DNA of 63,682 bases, counting the filler, from Octopus bimaculoides (Eukaryota), in the NCBI RefSeq assembly GCF_001194135.2. It is 8 parts of 6 records of this genome, joined end to end, with 100 filler letters (N's around TTAATTAATTAA, not from the genome) between each part and the next. Parts side by side here need not be neighbours in the genome. Positions count along the whole stretch, not along the records: positions 1 to 18,509 come from NC_068985.1; 7 more parts are not named here. One strand, 5' to 3'. The position numbers were made by a program, and so were the translations under genes. Within the stretch, counting starts at the first letter, position 1. Every line of letters begins with the position of its first letter. Shown here piece by piece: positions 1-11,691 of the stretch. The notes under the pieces are model-generated. The model ran no database searches and was not told the origin of the DNA. It worked only from the letters and a program-made list of their open reading frames with translations.

Positions 1-1279
1 ATATATATATGGATGCTTGTGTGTGTATGTGTATGTGAGGTGTGCGTGTATGTACAAATACGCACATTGATATATATCTACATATCAAGAAAGGAAGAGA
101 CAAAGAAAGACAGGTAAACACAAATAGAAACAGAGAGATTCTATGGAGACAGACACGCCTACATTACGTCTATGTTTGTATGTACTGTTTCCTCGTTTAG
201 AGGAAGTTCACATGTACCTCCACACGATAATATGGAGACGCGTAGAATAATATACAGACGCGTAGTCGCCCATATTTGCAAATATCTGTGTATCACTATA
301 TAATATGTTTGTATGCTCCAATAAACCTATTAATTTTTCCGTCGTTCTTGTGTTAATTGAGATTAATTAATGTCCTCACAATTTCTACTTTACTGGTTGT
401 CTTAAACGAATTGCACTCTACTGGTACTTGCTCAACAGAGAATTGCACATGACTCTCATACGTAATACATAGTTCAAATATTCATAGAAATGAATATTCG
501 TGCACTTGTGTGTATTATTTCGATGACGGAAGGACAGAAAAAGAAGAAGATAATTGTGTGGGAAGATACGGAAGATTTTGGCGACGATTATGATTAACCT
601 TGGCAATATTTGTTAGGATATAATGAAGGGAAGATTATGAAAGGAGGTAAGTTTCTGGCTTTGAAACAGGAAAAAATAATCTGGCAGAACTGTGCATGGA
701 ATTTAGCTTGTACCTAGCTACCAACCTACAAACCTACCTACCTAACTACCTACCTAGTTAAGTAGGTTGGTAGGTAGGTAGATAGGTAGGTACAAAGTAA
801 TACGGAAGGACACCATCGTACACACACACACACACACACGCACGCACGCACGCACGCACAAATACGCACACACTGGGAAGCAGAGATAAACGCCTAAACA
901 CACACACGCATACTTACATACACACAACAAGCACACACATACACACACAAACATGAATATGCAGACTTCATACATAAATGTGTGTATATATATATATATA
1001 TGTACAAGGTTGAGGAGGGTATTGGATTTAACCAAACCCAAAAAGATACAGGTAATACCGAGTAAGTGCTGTATACCGACTAGTTTTTCCCCAGTCGTTG
1101 TATGAACAGGATTAGGGATTATAAGTCGTGTATTAGCGTGTACATGTATAAATATATAAAAAGATAAAGAGAGCCAAGAATCTCTTTATCTATTATTTAG
1201 GAGTTACTGGTGGTGGTGGAGGTGGTGGTGGTTGTGTTGGTGGTGCTGGTGGTGCTGGTGGCGCTGGTGGTGGTGCATG

Positions 1280-1680
1280 CTAATTTAGCAGGTATTTTAT
1301 CTTGAGGCATGTTGACTACAATCAAGAATCTTCCTTAGGACTCTTGCAGAATGTACTATGGTTCATTTCCTGCAGGTCGACAATGCGACTTTCAATTCCA
1401 ATCTCTTTCAGTGTGTTAGGTACCATTTTGTAGGTTGCGTGAAAGGCATCAATTTCTACAGGAATAATTGCTGCCTTGGTGTTCCACTGGTTAAGTGCTA
1501 ATATTTATCAATTCTTCTCAATGTCTTGGGTATCTGCTATTAAATGGAATTGCAACGTCTATGATCTTTGTCTTCTGTACTCTACCGTTTGTCCTCTGTA
1601 GTTTATCATTTGAACTCATATCCTCTCTTTTTGCTTCAAAATATTCATAGGGTCGTTACGGTTACCCAGCTTGTCGGGCT
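1280..1680 (-). mobile_element. Decayed 3' end of an R4/Dong-like non-LTR retrotransposon (restriction-like endonuclease region)
   Basis: Frameshifted minus-strand translation gives KTKIIDVAIP...WNTKAAIIPVEIDAF...LKEIGIESRIVDLQ...ARVLRKILDC* (stop at 1316-1318). This resembles the D-x-A-x-P / IPVVIGALG / TARILRKVL C-terminus of RLE LINEs. A short 3' UTR and a (CCA)n-type tail follow. Confidence 0.6.
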
Positions 1681-2281
1681 TCCAATCTCTTAATTGGGAA
1701 GTACAAATCACTTGATAACAAAATATCGTAAAAAATACGAACACATATTAGCTCATATCTTTCTGAATGTAAACATTAACATGATGCTACTGTCGTATAT
1801 TAACGTTCTGAAATTTACAAACTGCCTACAGTACAAATATCGTGGCATAAGGGAATGAACAGTATGAGGCTGAATAATGATCATAGTGAATGTGCCTCGA
1901 AGGTTTGTTCAAGACAAACCAAATCTAGATCCTGTCTTCAGCTAAATAGCTGTGAGCAATGAAGTACTTAATATATTTCAGTTTTGGCATAAGCAAACGC
2001 ATCTTTTCTAGATTATATGGGGGTGGGTAATATATTATTTAAATTATTGCTAATATTGTGCTAAAAGCAAATTGTTTTATTATCATATTGGACGAAAAAT
2101 ATAATCCATTGGCTTCAAAATGTGTAAAGAACCTGTGGTAAATTATCATATCTTTTTACTGAACCGGATATCATAGCAATCGAGGAATTAGCTATTTAAT
2201 TACTCTTACGTTAGTGTACAAAAAATTTGGTCTGAGAAAACTAGATTCATTTCCATCTCTTATTATGCATCCATATATATA

Positions 2282-2825
2282 TAAGAATTGAAACTAGTTG
2301 GCACATTTATATACACTAGGAACTGAATTTGGCTTGTAATTAAATTCTGTAGCCAATAGTGTATAATCATAAAATATATTTTTGCTTTACAGGTAATGTG
2401 ACAGAGGTCCTTTGCATCTTACATATGTTATGTGTTTCCCATCGCAATCGATTGTACCACTTCCAGTACCCTCATTTAGAATACTCCCCACCCCACCGAA
2501 AAAAAAAAAGCGAATTTTTTTTTCGTTCAGCAAATGCCATGCAATCTACAAAATTTTAAATGAACATTAGGTGCTTCAAGTCATTTTTACCTGCATATTG
2601 TTTGAATCACTCACATATTCTAGGACTAATATGTAGGCATACATGCTAGCAAAACAAAGGAGCAAATAGGGTTAGTTGCACATAAGATGCAGGAAGGAAA
2701 ATATTTCCTATACAGAACTAAATAAAAGTGAAATGAATCTTCACAAGAAATTGGAAAAATTAAATAGTTTGAAAAAAGGAAGGAAGGTCGAAACATCACC
2801 AAAGAGTGTCATTTGTATATTTTTC
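2282..2825. repeat. Copy A of a ~540-bp local direct duplication
   Basis: Aligns colinearly with 4946-5471 at roughly 85-90% identity by eye, from TAAGAATTGAAACTAGTTGGCAC to CATCACCAAAGA. Confidence 0.95.
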
Positions 2826-3729
2826 AGTAAATTTCTATATATTTGTGTAGCTGAGGATTTCTCTGCATTTTACATTTGATGTAATACTCACATTGCTTAA
2901 ATAAATGGAGTCGCATGAAGCAATCGTACTGCATTGACTTTGGATATCCCTCTTGCTCATTTTGACTATATATATATATATATATATATATNNNNNNNNN
3001 NNNNNNNNNNNNNNNNNNNNNNNNNNNNNNNNNNNNNNNNNNNNNNNNNNNNNNNNNNNNNNNNNNNNNNNNNNNNNNNNNNNNNNNNNNNNNNNNNNNN
3101 NNNNNNNNNNNNNNNNNNNNNNNNNNNNNNNNNNNNNNNNNNNNNNNNNNNNNNNNNNNNNNNNNNNNNNNNNNNNNNNNNNNNNNNNNNNNNNNNNNNN
3201 NNNNNNNNNNNNNNNNNNNNNNNNNNNNNNNNNNNNNNNNNNNNNNNNNNNNNNNNNNNNNNNNNNNNNNNNNNNNNNNNNNNNNNNNNNNNNNNNNNNN
3301 NNNNNNNNNNNNNNNNNNNNNNNNNNNNNNNNNNNNNNNNNNNNNNNNNNNNNNNNNNNNNNNNNNNNNNNNNNNNNNNNNNNNNNNNNNNNNNNNNNNN
3401 NNNNNNNNNNNNNNNNNNNNNNNNNNNNNNNNNNNNNNNNNNNNNNNNNNNNNNNNNNNNNNNNNNNNNNNNNNNNNNNNNNNNNNNNNNNNNNNNNNNN
3501 NNNNNNNNNNNNNNNNNNNNNNNNNNNNNNNNNNNNNNNNNNNNNNNNNNNNNNNNNNNNNNNNNNNNNNNNNNNNNNNNNNNNNNNNNNNNNNNNNNNN
3601 NNNNNNNNNNNNNNNNNNNNNNNNNNNNNNNNNNNNNNNNNNNNNNNNNNNNNNNNNNNNNNNNNNNNNNNNNNNNNNNNNNNNNNNNNNNNNNNNNNNN
3701 NNNNNNNNNNNNNNNNNNNNNNNNNNNNA

Positions 3730-4330
3730 TGTATATATATGCATATGTGGGCACAGGACATCACGAAACGTGTACGACAAAAAGATACGAAGTACGAGTA
3801 TATGGAATATGAACTGTTTTTTCGAACAACGACAGACACAAATGGAAAACAAGACAAACAACACAAAAAACGACCCTTCATCAGTTGATGGCTGTTTTCT
3901 ACTCTCGTATTTCGAGCATTTAACAACAAGATACGCTTTCGATAAAACAGTTTCTCCCGCCAAGCAAATTAAATAAAATTTGGGATTTTGCGGAAGGTCA
4001 AGATTGGTAACACAAACAGGGCAGTGAAAACAAACAGGTAGGGCTGCTAAGCCTAAACAAAGTTGTATTGGCAAACGCGTAAATCAAGCTTGGACACAAG
4101 AGAGACAAGAACACGTCTTCCTTGATCCAACTACAACGGTGAGATAGAACGAAACACAAGTTAGGCGAAGAAAGATGGCTGATAGTCACGTGGGAGTCAC
4201 GTGAGCAAAGGAGGAATAGTGAGGGAGAGATAGTAACAGACACAGAACTGTGAATGGAGAGGAAAAAATTGGAGATAGGATTAGTGAAAAGAAACATGAG
4301 GGAGAGAAGGGGAAGAGGGAAGAGAGAGAA
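3730..4330 (-). mobile_element. Interspersed repeat tail, probably Penelope-like; same family as 58840-59260
   Basis: The minus-strand motif GCTTGGCGGGAGAAACTGTTTTATCGAAAG...CTCGAAATACGAGAGTAG...CAACTGATGAAGGG matches the plus-strand motif at 59140-59235. Confidence 0.5.
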
Positions 4331-4589
4331 AGCAAATGAGTAATAGGAGAGAATAATGAGAGAAGAAGAGGTAAAATAATCAAAGAGAGAAAGAGAAAAA
4401 CGAAAGAGTAAAAAGATAGAGTGCGAATCAGAATTATTAAGATAAAACTTACTTGGAAGAGGATGCCCCCATTAAAGTCCCAGTGTTTAGCTTAAAAATA
4501 TGAAAAATATATCAGGCTTCAATATTAGGGAATGAATGATATTTAAAAAAAATATGATGCATATACACACATAAACACATACACAAATA

Positions 4590-4895
4590 TACCTATACAT
4601 ATATAATGAAATTGTAGAAATATTACAAAGACCAAAAACATTGTAAAAAGCAAAATATCGATTGGTATAAAACAAAAGGTATTACAGAAATAGCCTGAAA
4701 AGAGCGATTCGCATAAATACGAAATGAAGGTTGCATATAGAACAACAGAAAATGAATAGTTTGATATGCTTAGAAACTTGGATGACAAATATATCGAATT
4801 TAGACAAAGAATAAATTATACAAAATAAACGTGATTTGACACAATATACACTAAAAATGTTGGCACTAACACACGATTGCAATTGAATTTAAAGG
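4590..4895 (+). mobile_element. Highly decayed Penelope-like remnant (RT C-terminus to GIY-YIG region)
   Basis: Broken frames give KYEMKVAYRTTEN, LYKIN and a terminal FKEH-like stretch; many stops and frameshifts. Confidence 0.3.
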
Positions 4896-4945
4896 AACAT
4901 TATTACACTTTAACTATTTGGAATTCTTGGCACATTAATGCGAGT

Positions 4946-5471
4946 TAAGAATTGAAACTAGTTGGCACATTTATATACATTAGGAACTGAATTTTCCTTT
5001 TAATTAAATTCTCTAGCCAATAGTGTATAATCATAAAATATATTTTGCTTTACAGGTAATGTGACATAGGCTCTTTGCATCTTACATATGTTATGTCTTT
5101 CCCATCGCAATCGATTGTGACACTTCCAATACCCTCATTTTGAACTCTCCCCACAAACATGATTTGTTTTCGTTCAGCAAATGCCATTCAATCTATAAAA
5201 TTTTAAATGAACATTAGGTGCTTCAAGTCATGTTTACCTGTATATTGTTTGAATCACTCACATATTCTAGGACTAATATGTAGGCATAAATGCTAGCAAA
5301 ACAAAGGAGCAAATAGGGTTAGTTGCACATAAGATGCAGGAAGGAAAATATTTCCTATACAGAACTAAATAAAAGTGAAATGAATCTTCAGCAGAAATTG
5401 GAAAAATTAAATAGTTTGGAAAAAGAAAGGTAGCTCGATACATCACCAAAGAATGTCATTTATATATTTTC
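4946..5471. repeat. Copy B of the ~540-bp local direct duplication
   Basis: Colinear with 2282-2825. Confidence 0.95.
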
Positions 5472-6055
5472 TCTTTAGTTAGAAGGCTCAGAATGACCAT
5501 TCACTGACTCATTGCTTTTTCTATTAGAATAACGACAGAGTGTCTACAACACTGGATTCTGGTTGAAGAATGTTTTGTATTTTCTGTGTATACATCCGTC
5601 ATCTTAAGACCAAAAGATAACACAGAATACGCCACAATGTACATACTTGCATATACGTATATGTGTGTGCGCGCGCGTGTGTGTGTATGTATGTCTAGGA
5701 TTCTGGAATAATTCATGTGCGTTTTTTATTAAATTTAAAAATCCACGCAGAAATAAAAAGCATTAGCAAAATGTTTTATGTTACTTAAAAGAGAGAGTTT
5801 TTCTCTATATAATAGTGTTTTGAGTTTTTAATTTTATTGAATTTTGTGTATCTTCACATCATGAAAATGGAATTTTAAGTTGACAAACTTGAGCATTTTC
5901 GACACCATTTACTTTTTGCATTTAATCGAAGTGTTATGCCCACCGTAGCTGGTCGTGAGATTTGTTCTCTGTGTGGAGAAAGAGCAATGCCTCAAAGTAC
6001 CGAGCACCGTTGGGTATTTTGACCTCAAGAACGGATCACACACCTCTCGACCATA

Positions 6056-6090
<35 letters not shown>

Positions 6091-7759
6091 NNNNNNNNNN
6101 NNNNNNNNNNNNNNNNNNNNNNNNNNNNNNNNNNNNNNNNNNNNNNNNNNNNNNNNNNNNNNNNNNNNNNNNNNNNNNNNNNNNNNNNNNNNNNNNNNNN
6201 NNNNNNTCACATAGTTAATATATATGTGTTTCAACACCTGTTGATGTCGTATTTCGTCAAAGGGAGAGGCCCCCTTAGCGACATACAATGCAAAAAAAAC
6301 AAGCAGGGTATACTTCAAAGCTAGTCGAACTGAAACCACTCCAGAAGTAAATAATAATAGCATATATTGATATTTTGAATTATTTTCTGTCCATCAGTAC
6401 CACATACCTACATCCTAATTTCCGAACTAATTTTTAATTGGTAACAGCTGATGCAGAACTGCTCCGCAGAAGAAGAGAATTCATATATTGTTTTAGAATT
6501 TGCTGAATAATGTAAACATTATCAATGTTACATACGTAATGTATGTGTATTTTTAATCTCCTGAATCTGCTGTATTTCGCCTAATTGTGATCTCTTTAAA
6601 GATGTGTATTGATCAAACTTACCTCATAGTTTTGTGGACAGATATTGCAAATTTTTTGTTCAGCATTCACATATGTTATAGGACGCCTCTCCAAAAAATC
6701 AAATATATAAATTGCATATTTGAGGAAAACATTGGTTTGAAATTTTGGCACCACAGTATTGGTAGTTATGTTATCAACGCCGAAAAGATGAAAACGAATG
6801 TCGATCCCGTGAAAGTTTGAAATCAGAACATAAGGACAGACGAAATGCCAATAAGCATTTTGCTCTGAACGCTAATTTTTCTACCATCTCGCCGCCTTAC
6901 ATTTGAGGAAAACATTAATATATATTATCGTAGTAAACTGATGTGTACGAACAATCAGAAATTTCGCGAGGAAATTTTAGTAGCGAAACTTAATAGCATA
7001 GATAAAACTAAGTGGAAGATATTTTATGTGTATCGTTCAGGAAACAATAACAGCTATTATTCTAACAGTTTTAAAAGTTAAGATAGAAAAGCTTGACATG
7101 AATGGGTGACATTAGAATATTTAAATGAGAAACACTAAATTTTATTGCGTAGCAGCATGTATCGTGAACGAACTTTTTTTCGTAAAAGAGTACGTTATAC
7201 AATACTTGTGTGGTAAAGCAATGATAAGTTGTTGAGTGGTATTACTCATGCCCACATGCTATTCCATTGAAAGAAGTAATAAGAGAAGAGAAATGTTTTC
7301 ACATTCTCTGTTTTTATCAGTTCGCTAAATGAAAGGGAATATAAACGAACTACCTAATTTATGCATTGCATTTTCTGCAACTATTCCCGCATTAGCAGAA
7401 ATTTAATTATACTAATCATTCTTCGAACTACTTGAAAACAAATAGCAGAATTGCACATCCTGGCTCAAATTGACTCCATTCACAAATGAGTGTATTCACT
7501 TGAACAAAAGTCCACATTGCAATGTTTATTAATACATAGGAACAGGCTATAAAATACTCTAACTCCTAATCCATTCCGATTTAATTTCGTTTTAATGTGT
7601 GCTAAAAGTATCTCACAGAGATAACAGAAATTTAGCAAATCGTATACGTATATAACATACATTAGGAATACACATATATAATAACAGTCCCTTCGTTGAT
7701 ATAGTAAGGTAAACCAACGCTAAATTTACTTACCTACTCACCGATAGGTACTTAATTTG

Positions 7760-8706
7760 TAAATAGCACTTAAGAAGGCGGGATATAAATATGAAATGAA
7801 GTATGATAAACAAGACAACACTAGTATAAATCATATTAAACAGAATTTGAAAAATAATAAAGTTAAAATTAGTGTATCTAATAAATATAATGAAATAGTA
7901 TATCCTAATAAAGAAATAGCGGAAACTGCCAATAATAGTCATAAACATAACATCATCAGTAAACACGACCATCCTCATTATAATAACAATACAAAACAAC
8001 TTAAGAATTACGAGCAGCACAAGAGAAAGAAAACTTAGAAAAAGAATATAAATCTTAATAATTGCCACCTTCCAAACAACACTAATGTAAACAAACCTAA
8101 AAATACCGCCAACATAAAAATAGAAACATTAAGGCAACAAAGAGAAAAGGCAAGAATAATCAAAATATGACAATTTACTATAATGATATGAATGACCATA
8201 ATACTCTAATTAATAGGGATAGGAACAACATAGTAAAAGAGAAATCTATACCATGTATGAGAAAAATTGACTCTCTGAATACAACCCAATTCTTTATCAA
8301 AGCAGGCCAACGAGAAAACAATTTGGTTAATTCCATTGCAAAACACTTAAAAGCGAAATTTATTAGATCCATCAGAATGGTTATTAATAAAAACTTCAAA
8401 GCATTAAATACGGAAAACTATTTAATAATAAACGTATTAGATTTGGATTTTCAGTTTCTCCTAATCATTTTAGGATAATATCTTCATTTAACCATAAGAA
8501 ACAAGATCAGTTCTATCAAAACAAAATTACTAAAACTGAACCTAGGACCGCCAATAATATTATTAAAATACCGAATAATCCTGCAATTAAAAATATCAAT
8601 ACTAATAATTATAACACTACTACACCACCCACAAATACAAATTGCAATTGCTGAGACCCTAATGTAAATTCGAAAGAAATTATAAAAGGAAAGACATTAT
8701 GTACCA

Positions 8707-8746
<40 letters not shown>

Positions 8747-8965
8747 TGTAACTACTAAGTTCTGTAGTTACATCTCGGAATTATAAGACAAAAAAATTAA
8801 CTATAGTTTAGAATGGTGTATTCTAGCAAAAACTCCGTCTTATACCAGTAACAATAAGCACTGTGAGCTTTATACAATAGAAAAAACTACTAATTTTAAT
8901 GGCCAAGTAACCTCTACTCAATAAATGATATGAAAATAAAATTTAGTTTGCATAAAGGCCAATTC
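7760..8965 (+). mobile_element. Decayed Penelope-like element (GIY-YIG C-terminal region)
   Basis: After the (TA)n tract, the frame reads TKFCSYISEL*DKKINYSLEWCILAKTPSYTSNNKHCELYTIEK. This matches the LSKYIW.LKD...Y.I.W.IL.K...Y...C.LC..EK pattern of PLE endonuclease C-termini. Confidence 0.6.
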
Positions 8966-8986
8966 GTATTCTCTAAGTTTCGTTAA

Positions 8987-9207
8987 CCCTTTAGTGTTCA
9001 GATTACTCTGTTAAATGTAATACTTTTTCACTCAAATTGTTTTGAATTAATCATGCATTATCTGATAGCTTTGAGATTTCGATGACGTGATTATTCATTT
9101 TTAGAATGTCAGTGTAGGTTAGGTGTGAGAGGCTAGATATCGCCAGTTTGAATATAAAACATGTAGAATATATTGGGGCGGATATGGCCGGTTTAAACAC
9201 TAAAGGG
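8987..9207. mobile_element. piggyBac-type MITE
   Basis: Perfect 12-bp TIRs CCCTTTAGTGTT / AACACTAAAGGG, flanked by TTAA at 8983-8986 and 9208-9211. A partial related end starts near 27177. Confidence 0.85.
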
Positions 9208-9689
9208 TTAAACCCGCTCATTCATGTATACGCCACTATCTCCTAGCTTAAATGTTATTAGCAGACATAATTATCAGCGTATTACCTCCCCTTAACCTTC
9301 CCGAACTTAACTAGCTTACGCATATCCAACCCACATTATAAATGACAAAAAAAAAGGTTGGTACATCCTACACTAGCTTACCCCAACCCACATTATCAAT
9401 AAATATTAATAAACCTAAACTACTTTCTACAGTAGCCTACTTCTTTCCTATAATTCTTTTCAGTCGGGAACTACCTACTCGTTTTACACGTTATATTAAC
9501 CCTCTTCTATCTTTTTTCTGATCTTATACTCTTTCCTGTAATATTAATTAATGCATGAGTGTGTAACACATAGTTACTACATGTGTATGTACACTTCTAA
9601 TACTTTCTAATACTTTTGAATCAATAGATACACTGGAATGTCTACCAGCTGATGTATATGTACGTATATATATATATATCATACATTTA

Positions 9690-9900
9690 CAGAAGGTATT
9701 AAAAATTACAGAAAAACAAAAGACGACGACAGGTGTATAAACAAGAAACAGGTGTACTTGTTTAGCCCTCGGGAATGTGAGAAAGTCTTTTGCGTTTCGT
9801 GCCTACGCTCTTCAACAGAAAGTAACACAAGGAAATATAGTGAGAATAAAACACTTTTGGAGCTAGATATCAATCATGGTGGCTACGCATATATAGCCAA
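9690..9900 (-). mobile_element. Penelope-type terminal repeat with a decayed hammerhead motif (9786-9822)
   Basis: Minus strand reads CTTT-CTGTTGA-A-GAGC-GTAG-GCAC-GAAA-CG-C-A-AAAG. The hammerhead layout is present, with defects at A6, U16.1 and one stem II pair. Confidence 0.5.
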
Positions 9901-11287
9901 TTAACTATTGCCGATTAACTACTGCTACAACTCTACTGCTATTACGACCAACGATCTCTGCTACTGTTGCTATTACGGCCAACGGTCACTGCCGCTACTA
10001 ACCACTACCAAAACTGTCACTACTACTACTACTACTACGAATACTTCTACTACAGCGAACGATTCTAGTCAACGCACAAGACAGCCATTATGTTACCACA
10101 CATAAAACGCTTCCACGTGGACTCTGATGACACCAGTAATAAATAATTACGAACTTTTCTTTTATTACACTTTTAAAAAATGTATTATCGATAAGGTTCC
10201 ATTTTTCATGAAGAACCGAAACATGTAACATATCACTGAGAAAATTTAAATTTATCTTATATAGTGGCGTTTTCAAACTTCTTTTTATAAATAAATATAT
10301 ACCCACTCGTATGCCGCCTATATTTTTTATGAATATATATATATATGTATATATATATANNNNNNNNNNNNNNNNNNNNNNNNNNNNNNNNNNNNNNNNN
10401 NNNNNNNNNNNNNNNNNNNNNNNNNNNNNNNNNNNNNNNNNNNNNNNNNNNNNNNNNNNNNNNNNNNNNNNNNNNNNNNNNNNNNNNNNNNNNNNNNNNN
10501 NNNNNNNNNNNNNNNNNNNNNNNNNNNNNNNNNNNNNNNNNNNNNNNNNNNNNNNNNNNNNNNNNNNNNNNNNNNNNNNNNNNNNNNNNNNNNNNNNNNN
10601 NNNNNNNNNNNNNNNNNNNNNNNNNNNNNNNNNNNNNNNNNNNNNNNNNNNNNNNNNNNNNNNNNNNNNNNNNNNNNNNNNNNNNNNNNNNNNNNNNNNN
10701 NNNNNNNNNNNNNNNNNNNNNNNNNNNNNNNNNNNNNNNNNNNNNNNNNNNNNNNNNNNNNNNNNNNNNNNNNNNNNNNNNNNNNNNNNNNNNNNNNNNN
10801 NNNNNNNNNNNNNNNNNNNNNNNNNNNNNNNNNNNNNNNNNNNNNNNNNNNNNNNNNNNNNNNNNNNNNNNNNNNNNNNNNNNNNNNNNNNNNNNNNNNN
10901 NNNNNNNNNNNNNNNNNNNNNNNNNNNNNNNNNNNNNNNNNNNNNNNNNNNNNNNNNNNNNNNNNNNNNNNNNNNNNNNNNNNNNNNNNNNNNNNNNNNN
11001 NNNNNNNNNNNNNNNNNNNNNNNNNNNNNNNNNNNNNNNNNNNNNNNNNNNNNNNNNNNNNNNNNNNNNNNNNNNNNNNNNNNNNNNNNNNNNNNNNNNN
11101 NNNNNNNNNNNNNNNNNNNNNNNNNNNNNNNNNNNNNNNNNNNNNNNNNNNNNNNNNNNNNNNNNNNNNNNNNNNNNNNNNNNNNNNNNNNNNNNNNNNN
11201 NNNNNNNNNNNNNNNNNNNNNNNNNNNNNNNNNNNNNNNNNNNNNNNNNNNTGTATTTTACTACTTGCTGTCCAATTTGAAAGGTAT

Positions 11288-11418
11288 ATAAAATCTTTTA
11301 CAAGAATTTATCAAGTAGCTAGCGTGAAAAAAACCTCAGAAGAAAAACGATGTTTGTTTTCCCCTTATGAGGTTTTTTTCACGCTAGCTACTTGATAAAT
11401 TCTTGTAAAAGATTTTAT
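11288..11418. repeat. Perfect 51-bp inverted repeat with a 29-nt spacer
   Basis: ATAAAATCTTTTACAAGAATTTATCAAGTAGCTAGCGTGAAAAAAACCTCA (11288-11338) is exactly complementary to 11368-11418. Confidence 0.95.
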
Positions 11419-11628
11419 CCTATTATTGAATTAATTAAATATATAACCGGAATATATTCAGTGTTGAATTTTATTCCAGAAAAACACATATACCGAGATG
11501 CGATTTAAAAAAGCCCGCTTTTACATAGATATATAGAGATAAACAATAGTCTATGTACTATGCCGGATACATGAGGTGTTCGTTTTGGTATGTTGAATCT
11601 TTTGTTTATTTTTATTTATTTTGACCAT

Positions 11629-11691
11629 ATTATACTGATGAGCAGAATTTATATATTGTCATGATAACTGCGAAATCGTTCGATATATAGT
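11629..11691 (+). ncRNA. Type I hammerhead ribozyme with a canonical core
   Basis: Stem I ATTATA/TATAGT (6 bp, one G:U). Core CTGATGA at 11635-11641. Stem II GCAG/CTGC. GAAA at 11672-11675. Stem III ATCG-TT-CGAT. Cleavage triplet AUA, with the cut predicted after 11685. Confidence 0.8.

Noticed and set aside
1206-1280. Poly-proline-like reading (APPPAPPAPP...) on the minus strand
   Set aside because: It is a GGT/CCA microsatellite at the tail of a LINE remnant, with no splice context or longer frame.
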